Shown: positions 18,634-27,498 of the stretch, piece by piece | How the letters are laid out: each line of letters begins with the position of its first letter | Numbering within the stretch: the stretch's first letter is position 1 | DNA from: an uncultured cyanobacterium | Lineage (GTDB): Bacteria; Cyanobacteriota; Cyanobacteriia; Pseudanabaenales; Pseudanabaenaceae | Direction of reading: 5' to 3' | DNA: 64,000 nt | Assembly: GCA_963703315.1 (NCBI GenBank) | Contig: OY969811.1 | Span: 704,001-768,000 of the forward strand | Translations under genes and position numbers: made by a program | Notes under the pieces: generated by a model | Seen by the model: only the letters and a program-made list of their open reading frames with translations | Database searches by the model: none | What the model was told of the DNA's origin: nothing

Positions 18634-19929
18634 GTGACATATAAAGTTGGACTTCTCGGATTAGGAACAGTTGGCACTGGTGTTGCCAAAATACTCCAAG
18701 ACCCTGTGGGTCGCCATCCTCTGCTACCTAATATTGAAATTGCGCGTGTGGGCGTGCGATCGCTCAATAAGCAACGGGATGTGGCGATCGCCTCGGATAT
18801 TGTCACAGATGATTTGGAGTCGATTGTTAATGATCCTGCGATCGATATTGTGGTTGAGGTAATTGGTGGGATCGAGCCAGCAAAAAGTTTAATTTTAAAA
18901 GCGATCGCTAATGGTAAGCATATTGTTACGGCAAACAAAGCGGTAATTGCCAGACATGGTAATGAAATTTTTACAGCAGCCAAACAAAAAGGCGTATATG
19001 TAATGTTAGAGGCGGCAGCTTGTGGCGGGATTCCCGTGATCCAAGCACTAAAACAAAGTCTTGGCGGTAATCGGATTAGTGAATTGACAGGGATCGTCAA
19101 TGGCACAACCAATTACATTTTGAGTCGGATGTATTTTGAGGGTGCTGATTTTGCAGCGACTCTAGCAGAAGCCCAAAAATTAGGTTATGCCGAAGCCGAT
19201 CCTACTGCCGATGTCGATGGTTATGATGCCGCAGACAAAATGGCGATCTTGGCGAGTCTAGCTTTTGGCGATCGCATCAGACTTGAAGACATCTATCGTG
19301 AAGGTATTCGCTCAATTACTAGTGCCGATATTGGCTATGCTAAAGAGCTGGGCTTTACGATCAAACTTTTAGGTATTGCGAGAAGGGCAAAAGATGCTGA
19401 TCACAACAATCTCGAAATTCGCGTCCACCCTACCTTGATCCCGCTTCAGCATCCTTTGGCAAATATTCATGGAGTCACTAACGCTGTGCGGATTGAAGGC
19501 GATCCCATTGGTGAAGTTGTCTTTTCGGGACCTGGAGCAGGGGCAGGAGCAACAGCTAGTGCTGTAGTTGCCGACATTATCAATGTTGTAGCGGCTTTAA
19601 AATCCGTTCCCAATCAAATTAATCAACTGATGGGCTGTTCCCATGAACACTATGCCCAAATCGCCCCCATTGAAGACACTGTGACCCAGTTCTATGCGCG
19701 GTTAATTACCCATGATCTACCAGGAGTAATCGGTGATCTTGGAACTGCTTTTGGCAAGCATCATGTTAGCTTGAATGCAATTTTGCAAAAAAATACAATT
19801 CACGATGGACTCGCGGAAATTGTGGTGGTAACTCAACGGGTGAGTGAGTTAAATTTCCAGAAGGCGATCGCCGCCATTCGCGAATTATCAACATTACACA
19901 GTATTCCTACGGTGTTGAGGGTTTTGTAA
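18634..19929 (+). CDS. hom: Homoserine dehydrogenase with ACT domain
   Basis: GLGTVG, VTANK, GIVNGTTNYIL, GPGAG. Confidence 0.95.
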   Translation: MTYKVGLLGLGTVGTGVAKILQDPVGRHPLLPNIEIARVGVRSLNKQRDVAIASDIVTDDLESIVNDPAIDIVVEVIGGIEPAKSLILKAIANGKHIVTANKAVIARHGNEIFTAAKQKGVYVMLEAAACGGIPVIQALKQSLGGNRISELTGIVNGTTNYILSRMYFEGADFAATLAEAQKLGYAEADPTADVDGYDAADKMAILASLAFGDRIRLEDIYREGIRSITSADIGYAKELGFTIKLLGIARRAKDADHNNLEIRVHPTLIPLQHPLANIHGVTNAVRIEGDPIGEVVFSGPGAGAGATASAVVADIINVVAALKSVPNQINQLMGCSHEHYAQIAPIEDTVTQFYARLITHDLPGVIGDLGTAFGKHHVSLNAILQKNTIHDGLAEIVVVTQRVSELNFQKAIAAIRELSTLHSIPTVLRVL

Positions 19930-19984
19930 GCAAAAGAGAATAGCGGCGCAAAGCGCCGCTACTCTTTTAGTAAGAGAGAATTCT

Positions 19985-21244
19985 CTATATCGTAATTTTG
20001 GGACTGTTATACCAGTTATACGTCGGACTATCAGGCTCATCGTCGATACCTAATTGACTCTCCGCACCATCAATGCGAATGCGTACCAGATATTCTCCAG
20101 TTTTGATATTGGCAACGGGAATCTCAATGGTAGAAGTACTATTTGCTAGGGGAGGACGATCAAATAGATAGACAGTAGGCTCCTCAATTGTCCATTCATT
20201 TAAAGCTAAAACCACTTTCTGCTTTTCACGGACGATCACATCCAGTTGTACTACAATTATCGCCGATCGCAAATTATCCTCAATCTCTTCTAAATTCTGT
20301 ACCGACAGATTAAGAATCGTCGGACAAAGGACAAATGGCAGCACATTTGAGGCAATCTCATTGGTCATTAGAGGCGAAGTACTAGCAATGCGATGCACCA
20401 CTTGCAAACTCTGCACTCCTGCTTGAATAGTTTCTAAAGCTAGAGAAGTTAGAGAAAAAATGATCTCGCGATCTTGAACAGAAATAGGCGCAATCACTAA
20501 ATCACCAATATGGATTTCTACATTCTGGTTTTCTAAATTGCGTCCACGAATCAGCAGCGTACTGCCAATTAAGATCGGTTCAAAACGACTACCCTGAACC
20601 AGCACCTGCTCAATGTAAGGTGATGCAGGAAATGGCGCAATTCCTGAAGGAGAAGTATCGCGAATTGGTAAAGCTCTTTGGAATGTCTCCCGACCTTCGA
20701 CAATCACTAGACAAGCTCGATAGGCAACCGATAGCACATAGGGAACTTGATAAAAGACAGACCATGCTTTAGACAAATCTTCCAAAGAAATATCTATAGG
20801 TACAACATTGATCTGTTGAATTTGATCAGCAAGATCGGAATCAGCTAAAAATGGAAATGTAGCATCGTTACAAGTAGAACGAATCAGTTCAGGGGTAAGA
20901 ATCCGCTTATCAACAAGAGTACTCACCACACTTCCCAAAATCCTCTGGGGTTGTAGTTCTGCGTCATTACCATAGCAACTCATCATGTAATAGAGATCGA
21001 TCGCCACTTGCCGATTGAGGGGACTTCCCTTAGAGCGATTGGGGGTAGAGTCATAGTTAGCTAGAGAAGGATTGCTAGTTACTTGGTACAAAAAAATGTT
21101 TACCCCCACTTCTGGCGCACCTGTAGAAATTCCCCCTGGCGGTAAAGTCGTAGCTCGCGCCCCTTCGATATCCTGTTGAATGACCGCTTGCAAGACTCGT
21201 TGCAAAGTTGCCGTAACTGTCGCGATCGCTAAATAATTACTCAT
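19985..21244 (-). CDS. DUF4255 (Pvc16/Afp16-like) CIS cap/terminator protein with C-terminal Ig-like extension
   Basis: MSNYLAIATVTATL, VNIFLYQV, LSKAWS..PYVLSVAY; adjacent to tail genes. Confidence 0.8.
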   Translation of the reverse strand: MSNYLAIATVTATLQRVLQAVIQQDIEGARATTLPPGGISTGAPEVGVNIFLYQVTSNPSLANYDSTPNRSKGSPLNRQVAIDLYYMMSCYGNDAELQPQRILGSVVSTLVDKRILTPELIRSTCNDATFPFLADSDLADQIQQINVVPIDISLEDLSKAWSVFYQVPYVLSVAYRACLVIVEGRETFQRALPIRDTSPSGIAPFPASPYIEQVLVQGSRFEPILIGSTLLIRGRNLENQNVEIHIGDLVIAPISVQDREIIFSLTSLALETIQAGVQSLQVVHRIASTSPLMTNEIASNVLPFVLCPTILNLSVQNLEEIEDNLRSAIIVVQLDVIVREKQKVVLALNEWTIEEPTVYLFDRPPLANSTSTIEIPVANIKTGEYLVRIRIDGAESQLGIDDEPDSPTYNWYNSPKITI

Positions 21245-21935
21245 CCGTACTCACCAAACCTAATTTTAAAGCCCTCACAATTGCTTGGGTACGACTAGCC
21301 ACACCCAACTTCTCAAAGACACTCGTTAAATGTGCCTTGACCGTGGCGATCGTCACATATAAGTAGCGCGAAATCTCCTCATTTGATGCTCCCTTAATCA
21401 ACCAGTTCAGCACCTCCTGTTCGCGATCGGTTAAATGAATTTTGGAATGCACCTGTAGCGATCGCCCCGCATAAAAATGAAAAATCCGAAAGAAACTAGT
21501 GGCAATATCAGGGGGCAAGAAAATCTCATCATTCATCACAGTGGAAATCGCATCGTACAACTGACTACCAATGCGATCCTTTGCCACATAGCCCCGCGCC
21601 CCTAACTGCATCGCTCTAAACACCAACTCATCCTCACGATGTGCCGACAAAATCAAAGCCTTGCCATGATAATCCAATTTTTTTAAATCCATTAAGACTT
21701 GCAATCCACTGTCTTCAGGTAATTCTAAAGCCAACTTTACATCCAAAAGAATCAAAGCAGGCTTCTGCTCAATTACGAGCTTGATCGCTTGCTCACTAGA
21801 GGTTGCCTCCCCCACAATCTGAAATTGTAGATAGCAATCATCACTATAAAAGCTCAGCAGCGTATGCAAACCTCGACGAAAAATGGAATCATTTTCTACT
21901 AATAAAACTGATACTACTTGAGCCGTTGTTGTCAT
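21237..21935 (-). CDS. NarL/LuxR-family response regulator
   Basis: Receiver LILLDV..GYVAK; HTH LTDREQEVL..TVKAHLTSVFEKLGVASR. Confidence 0.93.
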   Translation of the reverse strand: MTTTAQVVSVLLVENDSIFRRGLHTLLSFYSDDCYLQFQIVGEATSSEQAIKLVIEQKPALILLDVKLALELPEDSGLQVLMDLKKLDYHGKALILSAHREDELVFRAMQLGARGYVAKDRIGSQLYDAISTVMNDEIFLPPDIATSFFRIFHFYAGRSLQVHSKIHLTDREQEVLNWLIKGASNEEISRYLYVTIATVKAHLTSVFEKLGVASRTQAIVRALKLGLVSTDE

Positions 21936-22042
21936 AGATCATTCTTTTAATTTCTCACTAGCAGCAATAAAAACTTTTTCAAGAAACTTCAGTAGGTAAA
22001 TACGCTTACTCAGACATTTGGCTAACATCACCACAAACGCTA

Positions 22043-22143
22043 AGTAGCTGGGCGCAATTAAATATAAAACCCCAAAACCTGTGGCGCACGAGCAGCGTGC
22101 GCCACAGGTTTTGGATCTGGTTTTTTAATTATGCCTAGCTACT
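22043..22143. mobile_element. MITE family A (TA TSD), reverse orientation to the 15675 copy
   Basis: TA-AGTAGCTGGGC..GCCTAGCTACT-TA with the same central hairpin. Confidence 0.88.
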
Positions 22144-22372
22144 TACAGCACGAATACTAGAGAAATACTGCCAAAATCAATACTTTTCCAGTAAGCTTTT
22201 CAACACATACGCAAATTATCTTGACTTTGAAATAAAACGTAATACACATTAAATTTCATCTAAAAGCTTTTATTAATCCTTAGCAATTGTTAACAAAACT
22301 TTTATTAATTCTTAGTAATTAAATTTTGTTTAATCCCAAGAACTTTTACTTAGTCTCATTTTAGTAAAAGTA

Positions 22373-22386
22373 TAGACTAAAGTCTA
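22373..22386. promoter_or_regulatory. Candidate operator for the NarL/LuxR regulator
   Basis: Palindrome TAGACT-AA-AGTCTA 62 bp upstream of the sheath start. Confidence 0.45.
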
Positions 22387-22448
22387 ATAACCCTTAAATT
22401 TAATCCTACCTACTGTATACCCCTATAGACATAGTTAAAGGGTGGCAT

Positions 22449-24158
22449 ATGGCACTAGACTACTTCGCCCCGGGCGTATACGTCGAAGAGGTTGATAAAG
22501 GCAGTCGTCCGATTGAAGGGATCAGCCTGAGTGTGGCGGGATTTATTGGATTTACAGAAGATGTTCGCGGTGATGCAGAACTATTCAAGCCAATGATGGT
22601 GACATCGTGGGATCAATATCGGGAATACTTTGCAGCTCCTGGATCTGACGGATACACCGACTTTGATGCTTACTTACCCTTTGCGGTTAGCGGCTGGTTC
22701 GTCAATGGTGGCGGACGCTGTTGGGTTACAAGTATCGGTACAAAATTGCCTGGTTCAACCCCTCCACCTCCCGAAGCAACGGCTTTAAAGATCGGCACAT
22801 CTAACAATAAGCCAGCCCTGATGTTTAACATCAAGCCTGCTGATGCCTCCGAAAGTCAATTAGCTCTGCCCTCCTCAGGCGATCGCCTCAAAGTGATCAT
22901 CCAAGAGAGTACTCCTAAGCCCTTACCTGATGATGCTCCTGCCGATGCTGAGCCACCTTTAAACACTGGTGAATTTTTCAATGTATTAGTTGTTCGTGGC
23001 GGACAAGAACTCGAAAGATTCGAGAATGTCTCCATGAATCCACAGGTAGCGACCGATGTTGCTGACTATGTAGTCACAGCGATCGCTGATTCCGAATATG
23101 TCACCATTGCCGACATCTCCACCAGTGGACAGCCTCTCTCCCGCCGTCCCGCCAATGGAGCCTACGAAATCGCACCACCTCCTTATATCTCCACAGTTGA
23201 TCGCTTTGCTCGCGACCTTCTAGGACAAAGAGACGATCGCACAGGCATTCAAGGGATGTTTGAAATCGACGAAACGGCAATGATTGCCTGTCCTGACCTC
23301 ATGCGCGTCTACGAAGCAGGACTGATCGATATCGATCAAGTGCATGGAGTTATGGAAATGATGCTCAGTATGTGCGAAAACTCCTTCCCAGGACCAGCCT
23401 TCCGCATGGCAGTCATCGATCCCCCACCGATCAAGCCATCTAAAGGCATGGAAGCCGTACCACCCGATCGCCAAAAACCTCAAGACGTAGCCCAATGGTT
23501 GAGTATGTTCAACCGCCGCTCCATGTTTGGCGCACTCTACTATCCTTGGATCAAGGTTGCCAACCCGCGCAAAGGTGGTAAACCCTCCTACATTCCTCCC
23601 TGTGGTCACATCATGGGTCTCTGGTGTCGTACTGATCAATCTCGCGGTATCTTCAAAGCGCCAGCCAACGACACCCCTAGAGGCGTACTCGGCTTAGCTT
23701 ATGAAACCAATATGCGTGAGCAAGAACTCTTAAACCCCATTGGCATCAACTGTATTCGTAACTTTGCCAGCTACAATCGCGGCTTCAAAGTATGGGGCGC
23801 ACGCACCCTCGTCGAACCTGACAACATTCAGTGGCGCTATATCAGTGTCCGCCGTCTGATCAGCTACATCGAGAAATCGATCGAAATTGGTACTCAATGG
23901 GTTGTCTTTGAACCTAACGACACCGATCTCTGGGCAAGAGTAACTCGCACCGTCAGCAATTTCCTTGAAGGACTCTGGCGTAATGGTGCATTATTTGGTG
24001 GCGCATCTTCAGAATCGTTTTACGTTAAATGTGATGCTTCTCTAAATACTCACGAAACCATGATGATGGGTCGTCTATTCATTGAAGTTGGCATTTGTCC
24101 AGTCCGACCTGCGGAATTTGTAATCTTCCGCGTCAGTCAATGGTCACCTAATAGTTAA
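22449..24158 (+). CDS. Contractile tail sheath protein (CIS)
   Basis: APGVYVEEV, LYYPWIKV, KAPAN, VWGARTL, WRYISVRR, VFEPN, PVRPAEFV. Confidence 0.95.
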   Translation: MALDYFAPGVYVEEVDKGSRPIEGISLSVAGFIGFTEDVRGDAELFKPMMVTSWDQYREYFAAPGSDGYTDFDAYLPFAVSGWFVNGGGRCWVTSIGTKLPGSTPPPPEATALKIGTSNNKPALMFNIKPADASESQLALPSSGDRLKVIIQESTPKPLPDDAPADAEPPLNTGEFFNVLVVRGGQELERFENVSMNPQVATDVADYVVTAIADSEYVTIADISTSGQPLSRRPANGAYEIAPPPYISTVDRFARDLLGQRDDRTGIQGMFEIDETAMIACPDLMRVYEAGLIDIDQVHGVMEMMLSMCENSFPGPAFRMAVIDPPPIKPSKGMEAVPPDRQKPQDVAQWLSMFNRRSMFGALYYPWIKVANPRKGGKPSYIPPCGHIMGLWCRTDQSRGIFKAPANDTPRGVLGLAYETNMREQELLNPIGINCIRNFASYNRGFKVWGARTLVEPDNIQWRYISVRRLISYIEKSIEIGTQWVVFEPNDTDLWARVTRTVSNFLEGLWRNGALFGGASSESFYVKCDASLNTHETMMMGRLFIEVGICPVRPAEFVIFRVSQWSPNS

Positions 24159-24165
24159 AGTCTAG

Positions 24166-24200
24166 GGATTGTTTCCCTGCCGAAGGCAGGGAAACAATCC
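24166..24200. terminator. Hairpin after the sheath gene
   Basis: GGATTGTTTCCCTGCC-GAA-GGCAGGGAAACAATCC. Confidence 0.65.
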
Positions 24201-24398
24201 TCTGTAGCTAGCTTGCGTAAAAAGCGCTATCACAAACTGATTTTTGTCCTGTCTTTTGGGGAGAAATCAGTCTATTTCTAGAAACTTATCGCTTTTTTAA
24301 GATTTGCAATGTGTTTTTTATGAATTCATTGCTTAGGTTTTTAGGATGATAAGTTGTTTGTATGAACACAGAAACTCATATTTTTTTAGGCAGAAAGA

Positions 24399-24872
24399 AT
24401 GGCTGATCTTATACCAATTCCTACTAGTCGATACTATGTAGAATTTAAAGGGTTGGAGAACAAATTAGTAAAGAGCGTCTCCGAAGTTACCTTTACAGCT
24501 CAGACAGCAGGACACGAAAAGCCCCTTGCCTCAACTAAAGACGGCAAGACAATTTGGCAGAGTACTTCATCAGGATTTGAAGAAAATCCCAACGTTACTC
24601 TTGAAGTGTATGTCACCGAAGGAGACATGGACTTTTACAATTGGATGCTGTCTACAATGCCAAAAAGTGAGGGCGGTAAGGGAGAGTGGTCTAGTATGCG
24701 TAAAGATGGCTCCATCGTTGCTTACGATAGTGAAGACAAGGAGGTGCTGCGTTGGAATCTCACAAAATGTTGGATTAAGTCTTACAAGGTGAGTGAATTC
24801 AGTTCTGAAAGTAAAGACCTAGCAGTTGAGACTTATGAGATTATTGCCGAACAAATCAACCGAGCTAAATAG
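24399..24872 (+). CDS. T4 gp19-like tail tube protein 1
   Basis: FYNW..RKDGSIVAYD..RWNL..W..Y..AVETYEI pattern; follows the sheath. Confidence 0.82.
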   Translation: MADLIPIPTSRYYVEFKGLENKLVKSVSEVTFTAQTAGHEKPLASTKDGKTIWQSTSSGFEENPNVTLEVYVTEGDMDFYNWMLSTMPKSEGGKGEWSSMRKDGSIVAYDSEDKEVLRWNLTKCWIKSYKVSEFSSESKDLAVETYEIIAEQINRAK

Positions 24873-24933
24873 ATTTACCTAATTAACAAGCTCTAGGTAT
24901 AACGATTTAATAAATTTTTGAGGTCAAAAAACT

Positions 24934-25407
24934 ATGGCGAGTGGTGAAATTTTAGCTTGCTCCAAGTACTACTTCAACTTAACTGGACTTGACGACTTGA
25001 TTGTCAAAAAAGTAAGTGGTATTGGTTCAACCTTGCAAACTGCTGGAGACTCCAAATCCTACGGTGTATCTAAGGATGGTAAGTCAGTTATTCAGGCAAC
25101 CGTAACAGGCGTAACTAACAGTAAAATCACTGTTGAGTTTGTTTCTACGGTTGGAGATGATCGGCTTGTAAAATGGTATAGCGATTCGCATAGTGAGCCG
25201 ATCGCTGGCGGCGGTACAAAGACAAAGGGTGAAAGAAAAACAGGTTCAATCACTCTTTACAATCAGGGTGGTGAACCAGCAGCGACTTGGGAGATGACAG
25301 GCGTGATGCCTGCTAGCTATAAGTCAAGCAAATTTGAAGCGGGGTCAGAAGGGCTTGCGACTGAGACACTTGAGTTTGTATATCAAACTTTACATCGCAA
25401 AAAATAA
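24934..25407 (+). CDS. T4 gp19-like tail tube protein 2
   Basis: KW..RKTGSITLYNQ..W..P.SY..ATETLEF. Confidence 0.82.
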   Translation: MASGEILACSKYYFNLTGLDDLIVKKVSGIGSTLQTAGDSKSYGVSKDGKSVIQATVTGVTNSKITVEFVSTVGDDRLVKWYSDSHSEPIAGGGTKTKGERKTGSITLYNQGGEPAATWEMTGVMPASYKSSKFEAGSEGLATETLEFVYQTLHRKK

Positions 25408-25557
25408 CTTTCATCCTCGAAGTAATTACAGCGCTTGGCGCTGAATGAAAACCCAAAGAAATTTTTGAAAGCGACGCAAAGCGTCGCTTTCAAAAATTTC
25501 TCTGTACTACTTAAGAGATTGTTTTCCCACCAATTTTGTGTAGCGCGGCGTAGCCGC

Positions 25558-25607
25558 GCAATATAAAAAAAGCAATATAAAAAAAGCAATATAAAAAAAG
25601 CAATATA
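25558..25607 (+). repeat. 14-bp tandem repeat (GCAATATAAAAAAA) x3.6
   Basis: Read directly; ends 17 bp before the tube-3 start. Confidence 0.9.
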
Positions 25608-25624
25608 GAGTTTGTGGTAATTGT

Positions 25625-26116
25625 ATGACCGACGAACCTCAAATTGAGTTTTTAGCTAGTTCTCGATTTTATATAGAAATTACTTTGCATGGTAGCCTTG
25701 AGAAAATTGATGGCTACTTTATGGAATGTAGCGGCTTATCCCGTAGCCAAGAAATGATTGAGATTGTGGAAGTAACTCCACAAATTTGGGGTAGGAGTGG
25801 TTCTACTAAGGGCAGAGTCGTCAGGACAAAAATTCCTGGTAATGTCAAAAGTGACAATATTATTCTCAAGCAAGGGCTTACTCTGTCCATGACCATGTGG
25901 AACTGGTTAAAGGCTGTTGAAGATGGCAAATGGTCACAACAATTCCGCGATGGGGATATTACCATTTACGATCAGTCCGCCACTGAGAGAGCAAGATTTC
26001 GATTTAATGGGGCTTGGCCAGTGCGCTATAAAATTTCTGACTTTAAGGCGGATAGTGGCGAGTTTGCCGTGACTGAGGTAGAGTTAAGCGTTAGAGATTT
26101 TTTACGGATTAATTAA
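25625..26116 (+). CDS. T4 gp19-like tail tube protein 3
   Basis: GYFMECSGL, KIPG..NIILKQG, WNW, RDGDITIYD, AWPVRY. Confidence 0.9.
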   Translation: MTDEPQIEFLASSRFYIEITLHGSLEKIDGYFMECSGLSRSQEMIEIVEVTPQIWGRSGSTKGRVVRTKIPGNVKSDNIILKQGLTLSMTMWNWLKAVEDGKWSQQFRDGDITIYDQSATERARFRFNGAWPVRYKISDFKADSGEFAVTEVELSVRDFLRIN

Positions 26117-26130
26117 TTTAATTCACTTCT

Positions 26131-26433
26131 ATGGTTCAAACCGAGTTTGAATTTACACTCCCCAAAGGATATGTTGACAGTGATGGGAATCTGCATCGTA
26201 AAGGTGTGATGCGACTATCAAGGGCGATCGATGAAATTACGCCAATGCGCGACCCTCGTGTAAAGGGGAATCCCGCTTATGCAACTGTAATTATTTTGTC
26301 TAGAGTGATCACTAAATTGGGGGGACTAGAAGAGATTAATCCTATGGTTATCGAAAATTTGTTTGCTAGTGATCTCAGTTATCTACAAAAGTTTTATCGT
26401 CAGATTAATGAGCTAGAAGAAGTAGAATCTTAG
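26131..26433 (+). CDS. CIS tail-assembly chaperone-like protein
   Basis: TEFEFTLPKGYVD..HRKGVMRL..DEI.P.RDPRV..DLSYLQ.FY..IN, as in eCIS loci. Confidence 0.8.
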   Translation: MVQTEFEFTLPKGYVDSDGNLHRKGVMRLSRAIDEITPMRDPRVKGNPAYATVIILSRVITKLGGLEEINPMVIENLFASDLSYLQKFYRQINELEEVES

Positions 26434-26436
26434 ATA

Positions 26437-26523
26437 AGTAAGTCGGCTTAATTAACTATAAAGATGCAAAACCTGTAGCGCAAGCTCAGCTTGTGCTACA
26501 GGTTTTGCATCTGGTTTCTAATT
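26437..26523. mobile_element. Truncated MITE family A-related remnant at the CIS/MoxR junction
   Basis: TA-AGTAAGTCGGC left end and AAAACCTGTAGCGC..GTGCTACAGGTTTT hairpin; right end missing. Confidence 0.6.
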
Positions 26524-26547
26524 CTCTTTATGTGATTTATTCAACTT

Positions 26548-27498
26548 ATGAGCAAAACTCAGGCGATCTTCCATCAACTTGCAGAGCAACTGAGCCATGT
26601 AGTTTTTGGACAATCTGTACTTGTCAATCAGTTACTGATTGCACTTCTATCTAGCGGTCATGTGATTCTTGAAGGTGTACCCGGAACTGGCAAGACCCTT
26701 ACAGTTAAAGTTCTCGCCAAACTTTTACAGGCAGAATTTCGGCGTATTCAACTGACTCCAGATATTCTGCCATCAGATATTCTGGGTACGAATATTTTTG
26801 ATCTCAACACTCGCAAGTTCGTCCTCAAAAAAGGTCCGATTTTTACCCAGATTCTATTAACGGATGAGATTAATCGCACACCACCAAAGACACAGGCGGC
26901 TTTATTAGAGGCAATGGAAGAGCGTCAAGTTACTCTTGATGGAGAAAGTTTGCCCCTGTCGGAACTATTCTGGACGATCGCTACACAAAATTCTCTAGAG
27001 TTTGAAGGTACTTATCCTTTGCCAGAAGCTCAGTTGGATCGCTTTCTATTTAAATTAATTGTGAACTATCCCGATCCTGTCGCGGAGAAGCAGATGTTGT
27101 TAGGTAGTCATACAGGCGGGCATAACAATCGTAATAATTTAGCAGAATTGAAGGCGATCGCTACGGTTGAGCAATGTTTGCAAGCACAGCAGGAAGTCCG
27201 CGCTGTTAATATTCATGAATCGGTAATTGATTACCTATTAGCACTGGTTGAGCGGACAAGGCGACATCCTGATTTATCGCTAGGTGCTTCCCCAAGGGCA
27301 GCAGTTGCTTGGTTGTTGGCTAGTAAAGCCTCTGCTTGGCTAGCGGAACGAGAGTTTGTTACTCCCGATGATATCAAGGCAGTTGCGCCGCCTCTATTGC
27401 GTCACCGTCTGATTTTGCGCCCTGAAGCACAATTAGATGGAGTATCAGTTGATCCAGTCATTCAATCCCTTCTCAATCAGGTTCCTGTGCCAAGATGA
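26548..27498 (+). CDS. MoxR-family AAA+ ATPase
   Basis: GVPGTGKT, RIQLTPD, DEINRTPPKTQAALLE, YPLPEAQLDRF. Confidence 0.95.
   Translation: MSKTQAIFHQLAEQLSHVVFGQSVLVNQLLIALLSSGHVILEGVPGTGKTLTVKVLAKLLQAEFRRIQLTPDILPSDILGTNIFDLNTRKFVLKKGPIFTQILLTDEINRTPPKTQAALLEAMEERQVTLDGESLPLSELFWTIATQNSLEFEGTYPLPEAQLDRFLFKLIVNYPDPVAEKQMLLGSHTGGHNNRNNLAELKAIATVEQCLQAQQEVRAVNIHESVIDYLLALVERTRRHPDLSLGASPRAAVAWLLASKASAWLAEREFVTPDDIKAVAPPLLRHRLILRPEAQLDGVSVDPVIQSLLNQVPVPR

Noticed and set aside
18438..19112. 224-aa ORF antisense to hom, and similar shadow ORFs (23220-23639, 48444-48929, 49818-50369, 53050-53484)
   Set aside because: They overlap well-supported genes on the opposite strand and have no recognisable motifs.
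22449..26433. Prophage or type VI secretion system
   Set aside because: No capsid, terminase, integrase or lysis genes; single-chain sheath and gp19-like tubes, with no TssJLM or ClpV.
26548..27498. MoxR as the canonical eCIS ATPase (Afp15/Pvc15)
   Set aside because: Motifs and the DUF58 partner mark it as MoxR; Afp15-type proteins are larger and belong to a different AAA clade.
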